Positions 37,525 through 46,926 of a DNA stretch of 64,000 nt are shown here, one piece after another (the first letter of the stretch is position 1; every line of letters starts with the position of its first letter). The translations under genes were made by a program, and so were the position numbers. The stretch lies in contig JAYODK010000001.1 of assembly GCA_038106225.1 (NCBI GenBank), positions 2,413 through 66,412 of the forward strand, read 5' to 3'. Below the pieces are notes generated by a model. That model saw nothing but the letters and a program-made list of their open reading frames with translations. It was not told the DNA's origin and did not search any database. Origin of the DNA: Opitutales bacterium (lineage in GTDB: Bacteria > Verrucomicrobiota > Verrucomicrobiia > Opitutales > Seribacteraceae).

Positions 37525-38676
37525 TTATGAGGATCTTAAGGTTTCTGGTAAACCTGGACTAAGGCATTTCCAGGCAGGTGGTAGTGCCCCTATTATGCCG
37601 AGGAAAAGACCTGTAGTTATTCCTAAGGTCAAAATATATAAATTAAATTGCAAAACGAATACTCCAATGGAAAAGGGAACCGCTAAATTTTGCAGGAATC
37701 CCTTAATAATTAAATAAGCGAAAAAAGACCCCATCAAAGCGGTAACACTGGATTCTGCAACCAAACTAAGCGTTATTTGAAAACGATTAAATCCTATAGC
37801 TTGAATGGCCCCAAATTCTCTAATTCTTGAGGAAAATGCAGCATATAGAGAATTCAACCCGCCAAATACTGCACCCAAGGATAAAAGGACTGCACAAATC
37901 CATGCCATCCATCGAATAGGAGCATAGAAAATCGACAATTTCGAGTAGTATTCGGACTCTCTAATGGCAATCAATTCTAAGTCGAGTCTTCTCTTTGAAA
38001 ATGCATCCAACTCCCCATATGCATCGTAATCATTTAGTGCGGCAACAATACAGGAAAGATTATCCCTTTGAGTGTAGGTCATTAGATCATTCAGTGGTAA
38101 CCAAACTTCTGCTTCCACTACCGTACCAATTGCATCAAAAATTCCTGAAACCCTTAGTTTTTCTTCGTTAAAAAACAAGGTTTGACCGATCTCCAATTCT
38201 GATTCTTTTATACCGAGTTTATGGTATGCAAGCCTGCCAACCATAATCTCTCCAGAGTTTGGAAAACGGCCTTTTATTATTCTGACATTATCGTGAACCC
38301 AAAGAGCTTCATACCGTACACCCCGAAGCAGAGCTTGAGCACTTTGTCCGCTTGCGGTGCTTAGCATGCCATTGAAGTGGACTTCAGGAGAAACGCATGC
38401 CTTCCCCATAATTTGGCGTATCCCAGAAACCGAAGAAGCAATTATTTCATTCGTAGCAAGTTTTACTTCACTTCTTTCAACACTTTCCTCACTGCCTGAA
38501 CCTAAAAATAAAGCATTAAGATTATCACCTGTATTGTTAAGAGTTTGCTCCATCGCACTATTCATAGAAGCTGCAGTCATAATCAAAACAATCACAATTG
38601 TATTACCCAAAATCAGTTGTAAGGATTGACCTGGACGCCTCTGCAAATTCTTAAAGCAATATGATATAGGAAGCAT
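37525..38676 (-). CDS. ABC transporter permease, FtsX/MacB type (second copy)
   Basis: 383 aa. One N-terminal TM, a large periplasmic domain and three C-terminal TMs (FtsX topology). Confidence 0.88.
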   Translation of the reverse strand: MLPISYCFKNLQRRPGQSLQLILGNTIVIVLIMTAASMNSAMEQTLNNTGDNLNALFLGSGSEESVERSEVKLATNEIIASSVSGIRQIMGKACVSPEVHFNGMLSTASGQSAQALLRGVRYEALWVHDNVRIIKGRFPNSGEIMVGRLAYHKLGIKESELEIGQTLFFNEEKLRVSGIFDAIGTVVEAEVWLPLNDLMTYTQRDNLSCIVAALNDYDAYGELDAFSKRRLDLELIAIRESEYYSKLSIFYAPIRWMAWICAVLLSLGAVFGGLNSLYAAFSSRIREFGAIQAIGFNRFQITLSLVAESSVTALMGSFFAYLIIKGFLQNLAVPFSIGVFVLQFNLYILTLGITTGLFLGIIGALPPAWKCLSPGLPETLRSS

Positions 38677-38679
38677 ATC

Positions 38680-39843
38680 TTAAGCAGAATTGAGGCTCTC
38701 TGTGATAGAATATCTACTTCCTTGCCAGGCTGGATAAAGTCCTGCGACTAAGCCAAGTGAGACGGCGGTTGAGATTCCAACTACAATAACTGTTTGTGAT
38801 GGGATAAAAGCCATAACCAAACCCTCGTTACCAATAGAAATGCTTTGAGTATGCAAAAAATAAAAAGCAGAAAAAATACCAGTGAGTCCACCACCAACCG
38901 AAAGAAAGATACTTTCCGCCAAAATCATCCATGCGATACACATTCTGTTAAATCCCAAAGTTTTTAATACCGCATGTTCAGATGTTTTCCCTCTTACAGT
39001 GAGTAGAATGGTATTTGAAACCAATGCAATCACAGCAACCACACAAGCTAGTCCTATCCAGCGAGTGAAATGAATTAACTCAATAAGTTCTATCGCAGTA
39101 CTGGCAAAAAAAGCTTTTTCAGGAAGGGTAGATGTGGGTTCAATGTCGGTTGCAAACCTTGCATCAATTGCATTGGCAACAATTTTAAGTGAAGAGGAAT
39201 CAGCAACCTTAACATCAAATTGAGTCACTATTCCAAGTCCTACTTTTGAAGCTAACTGAAGAAATGGAAGGTGAACAAATGCCACATTGTCGTTTTGAGC
39301 ACTGTCTTCTGCTTCTACAATTCCACAAACTTGTACCGTAATGCCAGCGGCATCAAACTTATCTCCAAGGTTTAAATTTCTTCGATTAGCCAGATTTTTA
39401 CCAATTAATGCACCATCTTGCTTTTGCATCCAGTCCTCCGTGGAGCCTTCCAAGATTTTGATATTAGATGAGTTACCTGTTATGAACTGCTGCTGAACTC
39501 CCCGGAAAACGACAACATCCAAACTGGTGCCACAGTTATTCACCATGATCTGAATGGGATTAACTGACTTTACCCCTTCAATGCTTTCAATCTCGCTTTT
39601 GTAATATTCGGGCAACCGGCTTGTTGCCGGGCAAAACCTGTTCTCTCTATACACGACCAAAGTAGTGTCTTCTGAATGTGTAACTGTGGCATTATGCAGG
39701 GCATCTTGAATCGTCTCAATGGTGGTGAAAAGAAACATTCCAGTAGCAATCCCCATGAGGGTAAGAAAGGATCTTGTACGATTTCTGGTGGTATTTTTTA
39801 GGGCCAATCCAGCTAAATTTATAGTTGTAAGTATTAGTTTCAC
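38680..39843 (-). CDS. ABC transporter permease, FtsX/MacB type (first copy)
   Basis: 387 aa. LKNTTRNRTRSFLTLMGIATGMFLF, then a periplasmic domain and three C-terminal TMs. Confidence 0.88.
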   Translation of the reverse strand: MKLILTTINLAGLALKNTTRNRTRSFLTLMGIATGMFLFTTIETIQDALHNATVTHSEDTTLVVYRENRFCPATSRLPEYYKSEIESIEGVKSVNPIQIMVNNCGTSLDVVVFRGVQQQFITGNSSNIKILEGSTEDWMQKQDGALIGKNLANRRNLNLGDKFDAAGITVQVCGIVEAEDSAQNDNVAFVHLPFLQLASKVGLGIVTQFDVKVADSSSLKIVANAIDARFATDIEPTSTLPEKAFFASTAIELIELIHFTRWIGLACVVAVIALVSNTILLTVRGKTSEHAVLKTLGFNRMCIAWMILAESIFLSVGGGLTGIFSAFYFLHTQSISIGNEGLVMAFIPSQTVIVVGISTAVSLGLVAGLYPAWQGSRYSITESLNSA

Positions 39844-40520
39844 GAATCGCTGAAAATCTTGCCTTTGTCTAAAGCGAGTTTTTTGGAGGCACGCTCGGCA
39901 GCTTTGGGGTCATGAGTTACCATCACAATGGTCTTTTTTTGATCCGTGCTTAACTGCTGTAAAAGGTCTAGTATTTCGTCTGCTGAATTACGGTCCAAAT
40001 CACCAGTTGGCTCATCTGCAACGACTAGGGAAGGGTTTGTAACAAGAGCCCTAGCTATTGCAACCCTTTGTTCCTGTCCGCCCGATAATTCTTTTGGTTT
40101 GTGAGTTTTTCGATCCGACAGACCTACTAACTCAAGAACATGTTCCACTTTTGCACGACGGTCTTTTCTGGACATGGAATGTATTAACAACGGAAGTTCT
40201 ACATTCTCAAATGCACTGAGAACTGGAATTAAATGGTAGAGCTGAAATATATATCCTAAGTGGTTTGACCTCCAATGGGTAAGCTGGTCTCTACTCATTT
40301 GATCTAGATTATTGTCACCAACCTTTAAAGTTCCAGATGTTGGTGTGTCTACTCCAGCAATTATATTTAACAAGGTTGTTTTTCCGCTTCCAGAAGGTCC
40401 CATTAATGCAACAAAATCTCCTGCATCAATATCTAGGCATAAGTTTTCAAGTGGCATAATGACTTGTTCACCTTTGCGGTATTCCTTAGTTATATTTCTT
40501 GCCTCTATAAATGCATTCAT
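39840..40520 (-). CDS. ABC transporter ATP-binding protein (MacB/LolD class)
   Basis: 226 aa. Walker A GPSGSGKTT, signature LSGGQEQRVAIARAL, Walker B LVVADEPTGDLD. 4-nt overlaps on both sides. Confidence 0.95.
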   Translation of the reverse strand: MNAFIEARNITKEYRKGEQVIMPLENLCLDIDAGDFVALMGPSGSGKTTLLNIIAGVDTPTSGTLKVGDNNLDQMSRDQLTHWRSNHLGYIFQLYHLIPVLSAFENVELPLLIHSMSRKDRRAKVEHVLELVGLSDRKTHKPKELSGGQEQRVAIARALVTNPSLVVADEPTGDLDRNSADEILDLLQQLSTDQKKTIVMVTHDPKAAERASKKLALDKGKIFSDS

Positions 40521-41899
40521 TTCTTAAATAACTGAACCGCGTCTCCAGGTTGTAAGGATTTCGGTGGATTTTCTATAATCTGATCACCCGCATTAAGACC
40601 TGAAAGAACTTTAATATAATTGTTAATAATTTCTTCCCCAAAAATAACTTTACGAATTTCAGCCGTTTTGCCATCAAGTCCGACGATCCACAATTCGGCC
40701 CCATTTTGATAATCTTTGGGACGAAGGGAAATGGGTATAAAAACCCCAAGTGGAGATGAAATTTGTGACTTATCAGGAATTTTTTCTTTGGAATAAAATT
40801 TAGCACGACAAAGCATTTCAGGTCTCAATCTCTCATCAGGGTTTAGTATTTTTACTTTTACCTGCAGGGTATTTCTTTGGAAGTCCGCCTCTCCCAAAAT
40901 GCTAGTTAATTGACCAAAGAAAATAGAATCAGGAAGAATGGAGCATGAGATTTCCACCTGCTGACCAATAAACAATTTTGAAGCCTCTTCCAGAGGAACA
41001 TCTATCCGAACCTGTAATTCATTATCATTGTATATAGTAACAGCAGTAGAGGATTCAGGTGCATCCATTTTTTGCATTAATCTTTTACCCGGACGGGCAA
41101 AGAGCTTCAGTATTCTGCCATCCATTGGGGAGAAAATTTTTGTACGATTAAGATCAAGCAGGGCTTTTTCCACGAGGGTTCGCTTCCATTCTGTTGCCTT
41201 CTTCTGTGACTCAAGTGACTGCAGGAGAAGCTTTATCTTTTCCTGAGCCATTCTTACATCTGTTGAAGCGATTGCTGAGGAAAACTTCATTCTTTGGGTT
41301 TTGTATCTTGACTGGTTAAGATCAAAGGATGGGATTGAACCAAGAGGTAATGATTCTAGGCGAGATAAATAATCTCTATACTCGGTCAAAAGTTCGTGTT
41401 TCTCGAGGTGTTGAGTTTCAGCTTTTTCGAGAGATAACTTTTGAAGAGTTAAATGGGAGGCAATTTCAAGTTCCCTTGATTTTGCCTCTTTGAGTTCTGC
41501 CTGTGCGAGCTTAAGTGAAATTAGAGCATCATCGTCAATTAGAGAAACTAGTTGTTGACCTATTTTGACAGTTTCACCTTCTAATACATATACTTCTTTA
41601 ACAATACCGTCGTAAAGGCTAGGGATACGAACAGCATAAGGATCTGGCTCTACCCAGCCACTTGCCTGGAAAAGAAGAACACTTTTATCACTAGAATCTC
41701 CTGAAAAACTTTTGTCAGTAACTGAAGTTGGGTGAAGAACAGCTTTTTGTGTTGTAATAACAAAACCATCAAAATCTTTGCATCCAAAGACCAAAATTAG
41801 AGGAATTGAAAAAAAGAATATCCTCAAATGCGCCTTCAATAAGCAAGAAACATGTTTTAGCAACTTATTAACTTTAAAGTAGTAGGGAATGAATTTCAT
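40517..41899 (-). CDS. HlyD-family periplasmic adaptor (membrane fusion protein)
   Basis: 460 aa. N-terminal hydrophobic segment ending ...LVFGC, a lipoyl-like motif (VKEVYVLEGETVKIGQQLVSLDD), a long coiled coil and a beta-barrel C-terminus. Confidence 0.88.
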   Translation of the reverse strand: MKFIPYYFKVNKLLKHVSCLLKAHLRIFFFSIPLILVFGCKDFDGFVITTQKAVLHPTSVTDKSFSGDSSDKSVLLFQASGWVEPDPYAVRIPSLYDGIVKEVYVLEGETVKIGQQLVSLIDDDALISLKLAQAELKEAKSRELEIASHLTLQKLSLEKAETQHLEKHELLTEYRDYLSRLESLPLGSIPSFDLNQSRYKTQRMKFSSAIASTDVRMAQEKIKLLLQSLESQKKATEWKRTLVEKALLDLNRTKIFSPMDGRILKLFARPGKRLMQKMDAPESSTAVTIYNDNELQVRIDVPLEEASKLFIGQQVEISCSILPDSIFFGQLTSILGEADFQRNTLQVKVKILNPDERLRPEMLCRAKFYSKEKIPDKSQISSPLGVFIPISLRPKDYQNGAELWIVGLDGKTAEIRKVIFGEEIINNYIKVLSGLNAGDQIIENPPKSLQPGDAVQLFKK

Positions 41900-41961
41900 A
41901 GCATAGTCTAGTGTGTAAGCAGAAATGACGTTCTGCTGCCCCGAAAGAATAAACTAAGATT

Positions 41962-42291
41962 TCAAACCTGAATAATCTTTAAAGCTAAATGGGATTTAAG
42001 ATTGTAGGGCCAAGGATTTGCAGCACTTGTATTAAAAAGATGTTCGACAAAATTAAATCTTTGCAGACTAAACAGGTTCCACCACCTTTCTTCAAGGGAG
42101 GAAATCAGGAATGAGACATCTGAAAAAACAAAAAACTGAACAATCTCTAGACAATCATGGGTTGTATTGGGCAGACCATTGGAGTCTTCACAATGGTTAC
42201 AGTTGTTATCAATTGAACTTTCGGTGATACACAAGCAATCGATAAATGGCAAGGAAAGCAAAATGGCAACCAATGCAGTCGCTGTTTTCAT
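41962..42291 (-). CDS. Small Cys-rich exported protein, unknown function (first ORF of efflux operon)
   Basis: 109 aa. Signal-like N-terminus MKTATALVAILLSLPF. Cys pattern CxC-x9-CxxC-x12-C. Ends 62 nt upstream of the HlyD gene. Coding status is not certain. Confidence 0.4.
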   Translation of the reverse strand: MKTATALVAILLSLPFIDCLCITESSIDNNCNHCEDSNGLPNTTHDCLEIVQFFVFSDVSFLISSLEERWWNLFSLQRFNFVEHLFNTSAANPWPYNLKSHLALKIIQV

Positions 42292-42863
42292 AGGTATAAT
42301 CTAACATAAAAAATTTTTGGCACAAGAAAAACCACGTTAGCTATGTATAAAAATTAAACGGAAATACAACTTAATCATGCCGGAAATGGTAATTCGGCAA
42401 TACTATTTTTGCTAAGATAAAAATTTATTTAAATAAAATTTCTAAGGCATTTAAAAAATCTGCGAATTTACTTTATCGATAGAATTTCAATTTCAGAAAT
42501 TAAAAATAAAAGTGAATTATGTATCGATAAACAATGAGGTTTACTCAAAAGTTTGAAGTAAATTCATTTTGTTTTTCTGGATAAATTACAATTTAATATT
42601 CATTCTTTTTTAGATGTATCCTCTAAAGAAAATTCATGAACTCAGTAATTTTTCTTGTATAAATATAAATAAATTTAGTGCATTAGCTTTCTGTTCACAC
42701 TGGTAATTAATTCGACTGTTGTTTGGCTAACTATCTCATTCAAATTGATATTATGATGTGCATTCAGTTTTGTATCTTTAGATGTGCAATATTAACAACT
42801 AGCTTGCAAGATAGCTCTGAATAGTTCATTTTTGATCCTTGCATTAAAACCACCGACAAAATT

Positions 42864-43538
42864 ATGTCCGACATTACTAATACCTCTTTAACCGTCTGCC
42901 CTCGTAAGCAGCACGGAACTAATTTTTCAAAGAAGCAGAGAAACGAAGGTCAAATCCCAGTTGTTTTTTACGGAAAGAACACCTTAAAGCATTACACTGT
43001 GAATGATAGCCATTTTCGAACTCTCATGCGTTCAACAGGCGGTTCTCTGTCCTTGGTTGAGCTGCAGGAAGAAAGTGGTGACAAGGAACTCGCCTTGCTT
43101 AAAGAAATGCAGACTGATTCGGTTAGGGACACCATACTTCACCTTGATTTTGTGCAAGTCACACGCGGACAAACGCTCGAAACAAAAGTCCCCGTTGAGC
43201 TGGTAGGTGAATCTCCCGGAGTTAAAAATATGGGCGGAATTTTGGAATTCCATCAGAGTGAAATTTTAGTTCGCTGCCGCCCTAGCTTGTTACCTAAAAA
43301 TCTTGAGCTTGACATTAGTGGATTAGATCTAGGGGATAGCTTGCAAATCAAAGATATCCCTCACATTGATGGAGTTGAATTTATTGGTGATGAGAACGGT
43401 AATATCGTAACCTGCGTTGGCAGTGCTAGTGGGAGAGCTGGTGCGAGTGATGAACAGATTGATGAAGAAGATGATGCCGATGGTGAGTCCACTACCGAAC
43501 AAAGTGATTCTGACGAGCAACCTCAAGAAGATGCTTAA
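42864..43538 (+). CDS. rplY: 50S ribosomal protein L25 / general stress protein Ctc (acidic C-terminal tail)
   Basis: 224 aa. EGQIPVVFYGK..., two-domain Ctc length, and the tail ...DEQIDEEDDADGESTTEQSDSDEQPQEDA. Confidence 0.9.
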   Translation: MSDITNTSLTVCPRKQHGTNFSKKQRNEGQIPVVFYGKNTLKHYTVNDSHFRTLMRSTGGSLSLVELQEESGDKELALLKEMQTDSVRDTILHLDFVQVTRGQTLETKVPVELVGESPGVKNMGGILEFHQSEILVRCRPSLLPKNLELDISGLDLGDSLQIKDIPHIDGVEFIGDENGNIVTCVGSASGRAGASDEQIDEEDDADGESTTEQSDSDEQPQEDA

Positions 43539-43556
43539 TGGAAGCATCTCCTTGCA

Positions 43557-44141
43557 GTGAAGCTAATTCTCCTAGGACTCGGAAATCCGGGAGTTAAATA
43601 CCAAGACACAAGACATAATCTTGGTCATTGGTTTGTCGACCGCGTAGCTAGATTTTATCACACACCATTTAATACAGATGAAAATTTTCTTGTTTCAAAA
43701 GTCACACTTACTGACTCCGAAATATTCATTCTCAAGTCTATACACCATATGAATTTAAATGGTACTGGACTTTCTCGTTTTTTGATGAAGAACTCTTTAT
43801 CTGGATGTTTATTTATGATGGTTCATGACGAGATAAACCTTCCCACCGGCAAGGTTAAACTCTCTTTTGGTAAGTCTTCGGGTGGTCACAATGGAGTGAG
43901 TAATGTGATCGAAGAGTTAGGCTTTTCGCCGCACAGACTCCGATTGGGAGTTGATCAGAATAGACTTCCTGATGCTCCTCTCTCGCAATTTGTACTTTCG
44001 AAGTTATCTGCAGTTGAACTTAAAACTTACGATGTTTTATTTCCCAAACTCATTCATGCATTGCAAATTTTGCTCGTGCAAGGTGTTTCTTTTGCATGCA
44101 ATTACTTAAACCGTTACCCTATACCAAATCCTTCTAATTAA
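43557..44141 (+). CDS. pth: Peptidyl-tRNA hydrolase
   Basis: 194 aa with a GTG start. Contains LLGLGNPGVKYQDTRHNLGHWFVD and GGHNG. Confidence 0.93.
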   Translation: MKLILLGLGNPGVKYQDTRHNLGHWFVDRVARFYHTPFNTDENFLVSKVTLTDSEIFILKSIHHMNLNGTGLSRFLMKNSLSGCLFMMVHDEINLPTGKVKLSFGKSSGGHNGVSNVIEELGFSPHRLRLGVDQNRLPDAPLSQFVLSKLSAVELKTYDVLFPKLIHALQILLVQGVSFACNYLNRYPIPNPSN

Positions 44142-44144
44142 ATT

Positions 44145-44438
44145 ATGACAACCAGAAGTTACTCTGCCACTATAGTTATCGATCCAAGCGGAATTGAGGG
44201 ATCCACAAGTGAAATGATACCCAAGCTGACCGAAATTATCGCCCAATGTGATGGTGAAGTTAGTAAGGTTCAGGAGCTTGGACAGCACGATTTTGCTTAC
44301 CCAGTTAAAAAGAGTTTCCCCAGAGGAACTTATCTGCTCTTTGACCTTACAGGTAGTACAAGCACGCCTTACAAAATAAAAGAAAAACTCCGGCTGGAGA
44401 AAAAGGTTGATCGAGTTCTTATCGAATGCAGTAATTAA
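44145..44438 (+). CDS. rpsF: 30S ribosomal protein S6
   Basis: 97 aa. bS6-like pattern (..HDFAYPVKK...G.Y.LF). Sits before ssb. Confidence 0.88.
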   Translation: MTTRSYSATIVIDPSGIEGSTSEMIPKLTEIIAQCDGEVSKVQELGQHDFAYPVKKSFPRGTYLLFDLTGSTSTPYKIKEKLRLEKKVDRVLIECSN

Positions 44439-44452
44439 GGGTCTTTAATTCG

Positions 44453-44917
44453 ATGCCATCTTTAAACAAAGTATTGTTGATTGGAAACCTTACTCGTGAC
44501 CCTGAGGTTAGGATGATGTCTTCAGGTCGTCCGGTTTGCAATTTTGGCTTGGCCCTAAACAGAAATTACAAAGATTCTGAGGGCAATAAACGAGAAGAAG
44601 TTACATTTGTCGATGTTGAATGTTTTGGACCTCGAGCAGATGCTGTTGGCAGGTTTTTTTCGAAGGGCCGCCCCATTTTCGTTGAGGGTCGGCTAAAGCT
44701 GGATCAGTGGGAATCAAAAGATGGTGAAAAACGAAGTGCCATCCGTGTGGTACTGGATAATTTTGAATTTGTTGATACAGGAAAACACGATGCTGTCTCA
44801 GAAACTAATGAATCGCCTGTAACAACCGACACTTCTTACATTTCCAAGTCTGATAACTTGGATAAGCCTGGTCCACTAGCTAATGATCCGGATCTTGACG
44901 AAGATGTACCTTTTTAA
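44453..44917 (+). CDS. ssb: Single-stranded DNA-binding protein
   Basis: 154 aa. OB fold with NKVLLIGNLTRDPEVR. Acidic C-terminal tip DLDEDVPF. Confidence 0.95.
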   Translation: MPSLNKVLLIGNLTRDPEVRMMSSGRPVCNFGLALNRNYKDSEGNKREEVTFVDVECFGPRADAVGRFFSKGRPIFVEGRLKLDQWESKDGEKRSAIRVVLDNFEFVDTGKHDAVSETNESPVTTDTSYISKSDNLDKPGPLANDPDLDEDVPF

Positions 44918-44938
44918 ACCTACCAACTAAATATTACT

Positions 44939-45412
44939 ATGGCACACACCGAAATTTTACTGTTAGAAAAAGTAGATAATCTTGGCTTTGAAGGAGATGT
45001 GGTTAAGGTTAAGCCAGGCTATGCCCGCAATTTCTTACTCCCAAGGAGTAAGGCAGTTCCACTAAACCAAGCGAATAAAAAACGCTTAGATGCATTAAAG
45101 ATTGCCCGTGCTGCCCGTGAAGCGGACGAGCTTCAAAACGCACACGATGTAGCTGCAAAAATTAGTGAATTATCGGTTGCAATTGCAGTAAAAACAGGTT
45201 CCGGAGGGAAATTATTTGGGTCTGTCACTGCACAGCAAATTATTGAGAAAGTCGGAGAGCATGGCTTCTCTCTTGATAAGAGGCATTTTTCCAACTTTTC
45301 TCCCATCAAATCCCTCGGTCAGAGCACTATTCATCTTAGTTTGTTCAGAGATGTAAATGCTGAGTTAAAAGTTGAGGTTGTGTCAGAAAATCCTGTAGAG
45401 GAAATAGAGTAA
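44939..45412 (+). CDS. rplI: 50S ribosomal protein L9
   Basis: 157 aa. Contains ILLLEKVDNLGFEGDVVKVKPGYARNFLLP. Confidence 0.95.
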   Translation: MAHTEILLLEKVDNLGFEGDVVKVKPGYARNFLLPRSKAVPLNQANKKRLDALKIARAAREADELQNAHDVAAKISELSVAIAVKTGSGGKLFGSVTAQQIIEKVGEHGFSLDKRHFSNFSPIKSLGQSTIHLSLFRDVNAELKVEVVSENPVEEIE

Positions 45413-45444
45413 TTATTTAAGACCGACGGGAGGGAAGTTCTGCG

Positions 45445-46917
45445 ATGTCTACCGTTTCGTCTTTGTCGAAAAAATTTAAGGATTCTTCTGGGCTGCCTGG
45501 CAATTCCCAATCCTCAGCTGAATCAGATAAGATTGTGGGTCAAGCTTTACCCAGCAATCTTGATGCAGAACAGGGCTTACTTGCTTCGTGTATTGTTGAT
45601 GCATCTGGAGAAGTTATCAGTAATTGCATTGAAAAGGGGCTCCGGCCTGAAGATTTTTATTTTACTAAACATCAGCTTATTTATGATGCATTATTAGACT
45701 TGTACAACGATACTGTTGAGCCTGATGAAATTCTGCTTGCGGAAAAGCTTAATTCTAACGGGAACTTAGAGCAAGCGGGTGGGCGTGATGGCTTAACTAG
45801 CCTTGCAGGTCGGATTGATACAACCGCTCACGCTTCTTTTTGGCTAGATATCGTCAAGCAAAAATCGCTTCTTAGAAAATGTATTTACATGGCCTTCGAA
45901 ATGATTGATGGAGCAAACCAGCAACCGACTAATGTAGAAGACTTTTTGGCAAATTTTGAACAGCGTGTATGCTCACTGGGTGATGATCAAAATCTTCGAG
46001 CATCCATACCTTTTAGAGAGCCTATCCAGCACGCAATGGAGCAAATACAGAGAATGCTCTCTCGTGAGGAAACTGACGGAGTGTTGACAGGCTACAGTGA
46101 CCTAGATGGTTTGACTAATGGATTTAAGCCAGGAGAAATGATTGTACTTGCCGCTCGACCATCAGTTGGCAAAACGAGTCTCGCAATGAATATAGTCGAA
46201 AATATCGCATTTTCCGCAAAATACACGAATTCTCCTAGGCATGCCCTTGTTTTTAGCCTCGAAATGAGTGCCACTTCTTTGGCCATGAGACTAATTTGTG
46301 GTCGAGCGAGAGTTAATATGAATGACCTTAGAAAGGGGTTTGTTCCTCGTGGCCAAGCCGAGAAATTACATCAAACCAGTAAGGAATTTCAGCAAGCTTC
46401 TTTGTGGGTGGATGACACAAGTGGCCTAAGTATAAATCAAATAAGAGCGAAAGCTCGCAGATTAAAAATGCGCAATAAACTCGACTTTGTAGTGGTGGAT
46501 TATCTGCAATTGATCTCAACTGAGTCGAGAGTACTTTCCAGAGAAAATCAAATATCCGAGATTTCCCGTGGACTTAAGGCAATGGCCAAAGAACTTGATG
46601 TACCTGTACTCGTCCTTAGTCAGTTGAACAGAGATTCAGAAAAAGAACGCCGGGATCCACGTTTATCTGATCTGCGTGAATCTGGAGCGATTGAGCAGGA
46701 TGCAGATGTGGTTATGCTTCTTGGAAAACAAAGAAAGGGAGAGGATGTGCGAGAGATAGACTACGATAATGAGGGAGAGAATTCAGAAGAAGATTTTGAG
46801 CCAATTGTATTGATTTTGGCAAAGCAAAGAAATGGTCCAACTGGGAAAATCAATCTTGCATTCAGGAGAAAATACACGCGTTTCGAAAGTATGCAGCAAG
46901 ACCATCGTTTAAATTAA
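45445..46917 (+). CDS. dnaB: Replicative DNA helicase DnaB
   Basis: 490 aa. Contains LPSNLDAEQGLLAS, Walker A ARPSVGKTSLAMN, LSQLNRDSEKR and SGAIEQDADVV. Confidence 0.96.
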   Translation: MSTVSSLSKKFKDSSGLPGNSQSSAESDKIVGQALPSNLDAEQGLLASCIVDASGEVISNCIEKGLRPEDFYFTKHQLIYDALLDLYNDTVEPDEILLAEKLNSNGNLEQAGGRDGLTSLAGRIDTTAHASFWLDIVKQKSLLRKCIYMAFEMIDGANQQPTNVEDFLANFEQRVCSLGDDQNLRASIPFREPIQHAMEQIQRMLSREETDGVLTGYSDLDGLTNGFKPGEMIVLAARPSVGKTSLAMNIVENIAFSAKYTNSPRHALVFSLEMSATSLAMRLICGRARVNMNDLRKGFVPRGQAEKLHQTSKEFQQASLWVDDTSGLSINQIRAKARRLKMRNKLDFVVVDYLQLISTESRVLSRENQISEISRGLKAMAKELDVPVLVLSQLNRDSEKERRDPRLSDLRESGAIEQDADVVMLLGKQRKGEDVREIDYDNEGENSEEDFEPIVLILAKQRNGPTGKINLAFRRKYTRFESMQQDHRLN

Positions 46918-46926
46918 CTGCTTAGG

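Noticed and set aside
42318-42335. TGGCAC hexamer in the AT-rich spacer (possible sigma54 -24 box)
   Set aside because: No TTGC-like -12 element follows at the correct spacing. It is also oriented away from the efflux operon and lies about 540 nt from rplY.
42576-42584. Near-consensus DnaA box (TCTGGATAA versus TGTGGATAA), raising the idea that the AT-rich spacer near dnaB is oriC
   Set aside because: I could find only one 8/9 match. There is no cluster of boxes, and dnaA and dnaN are not adjacent. The evidence for an origin is insufficient.
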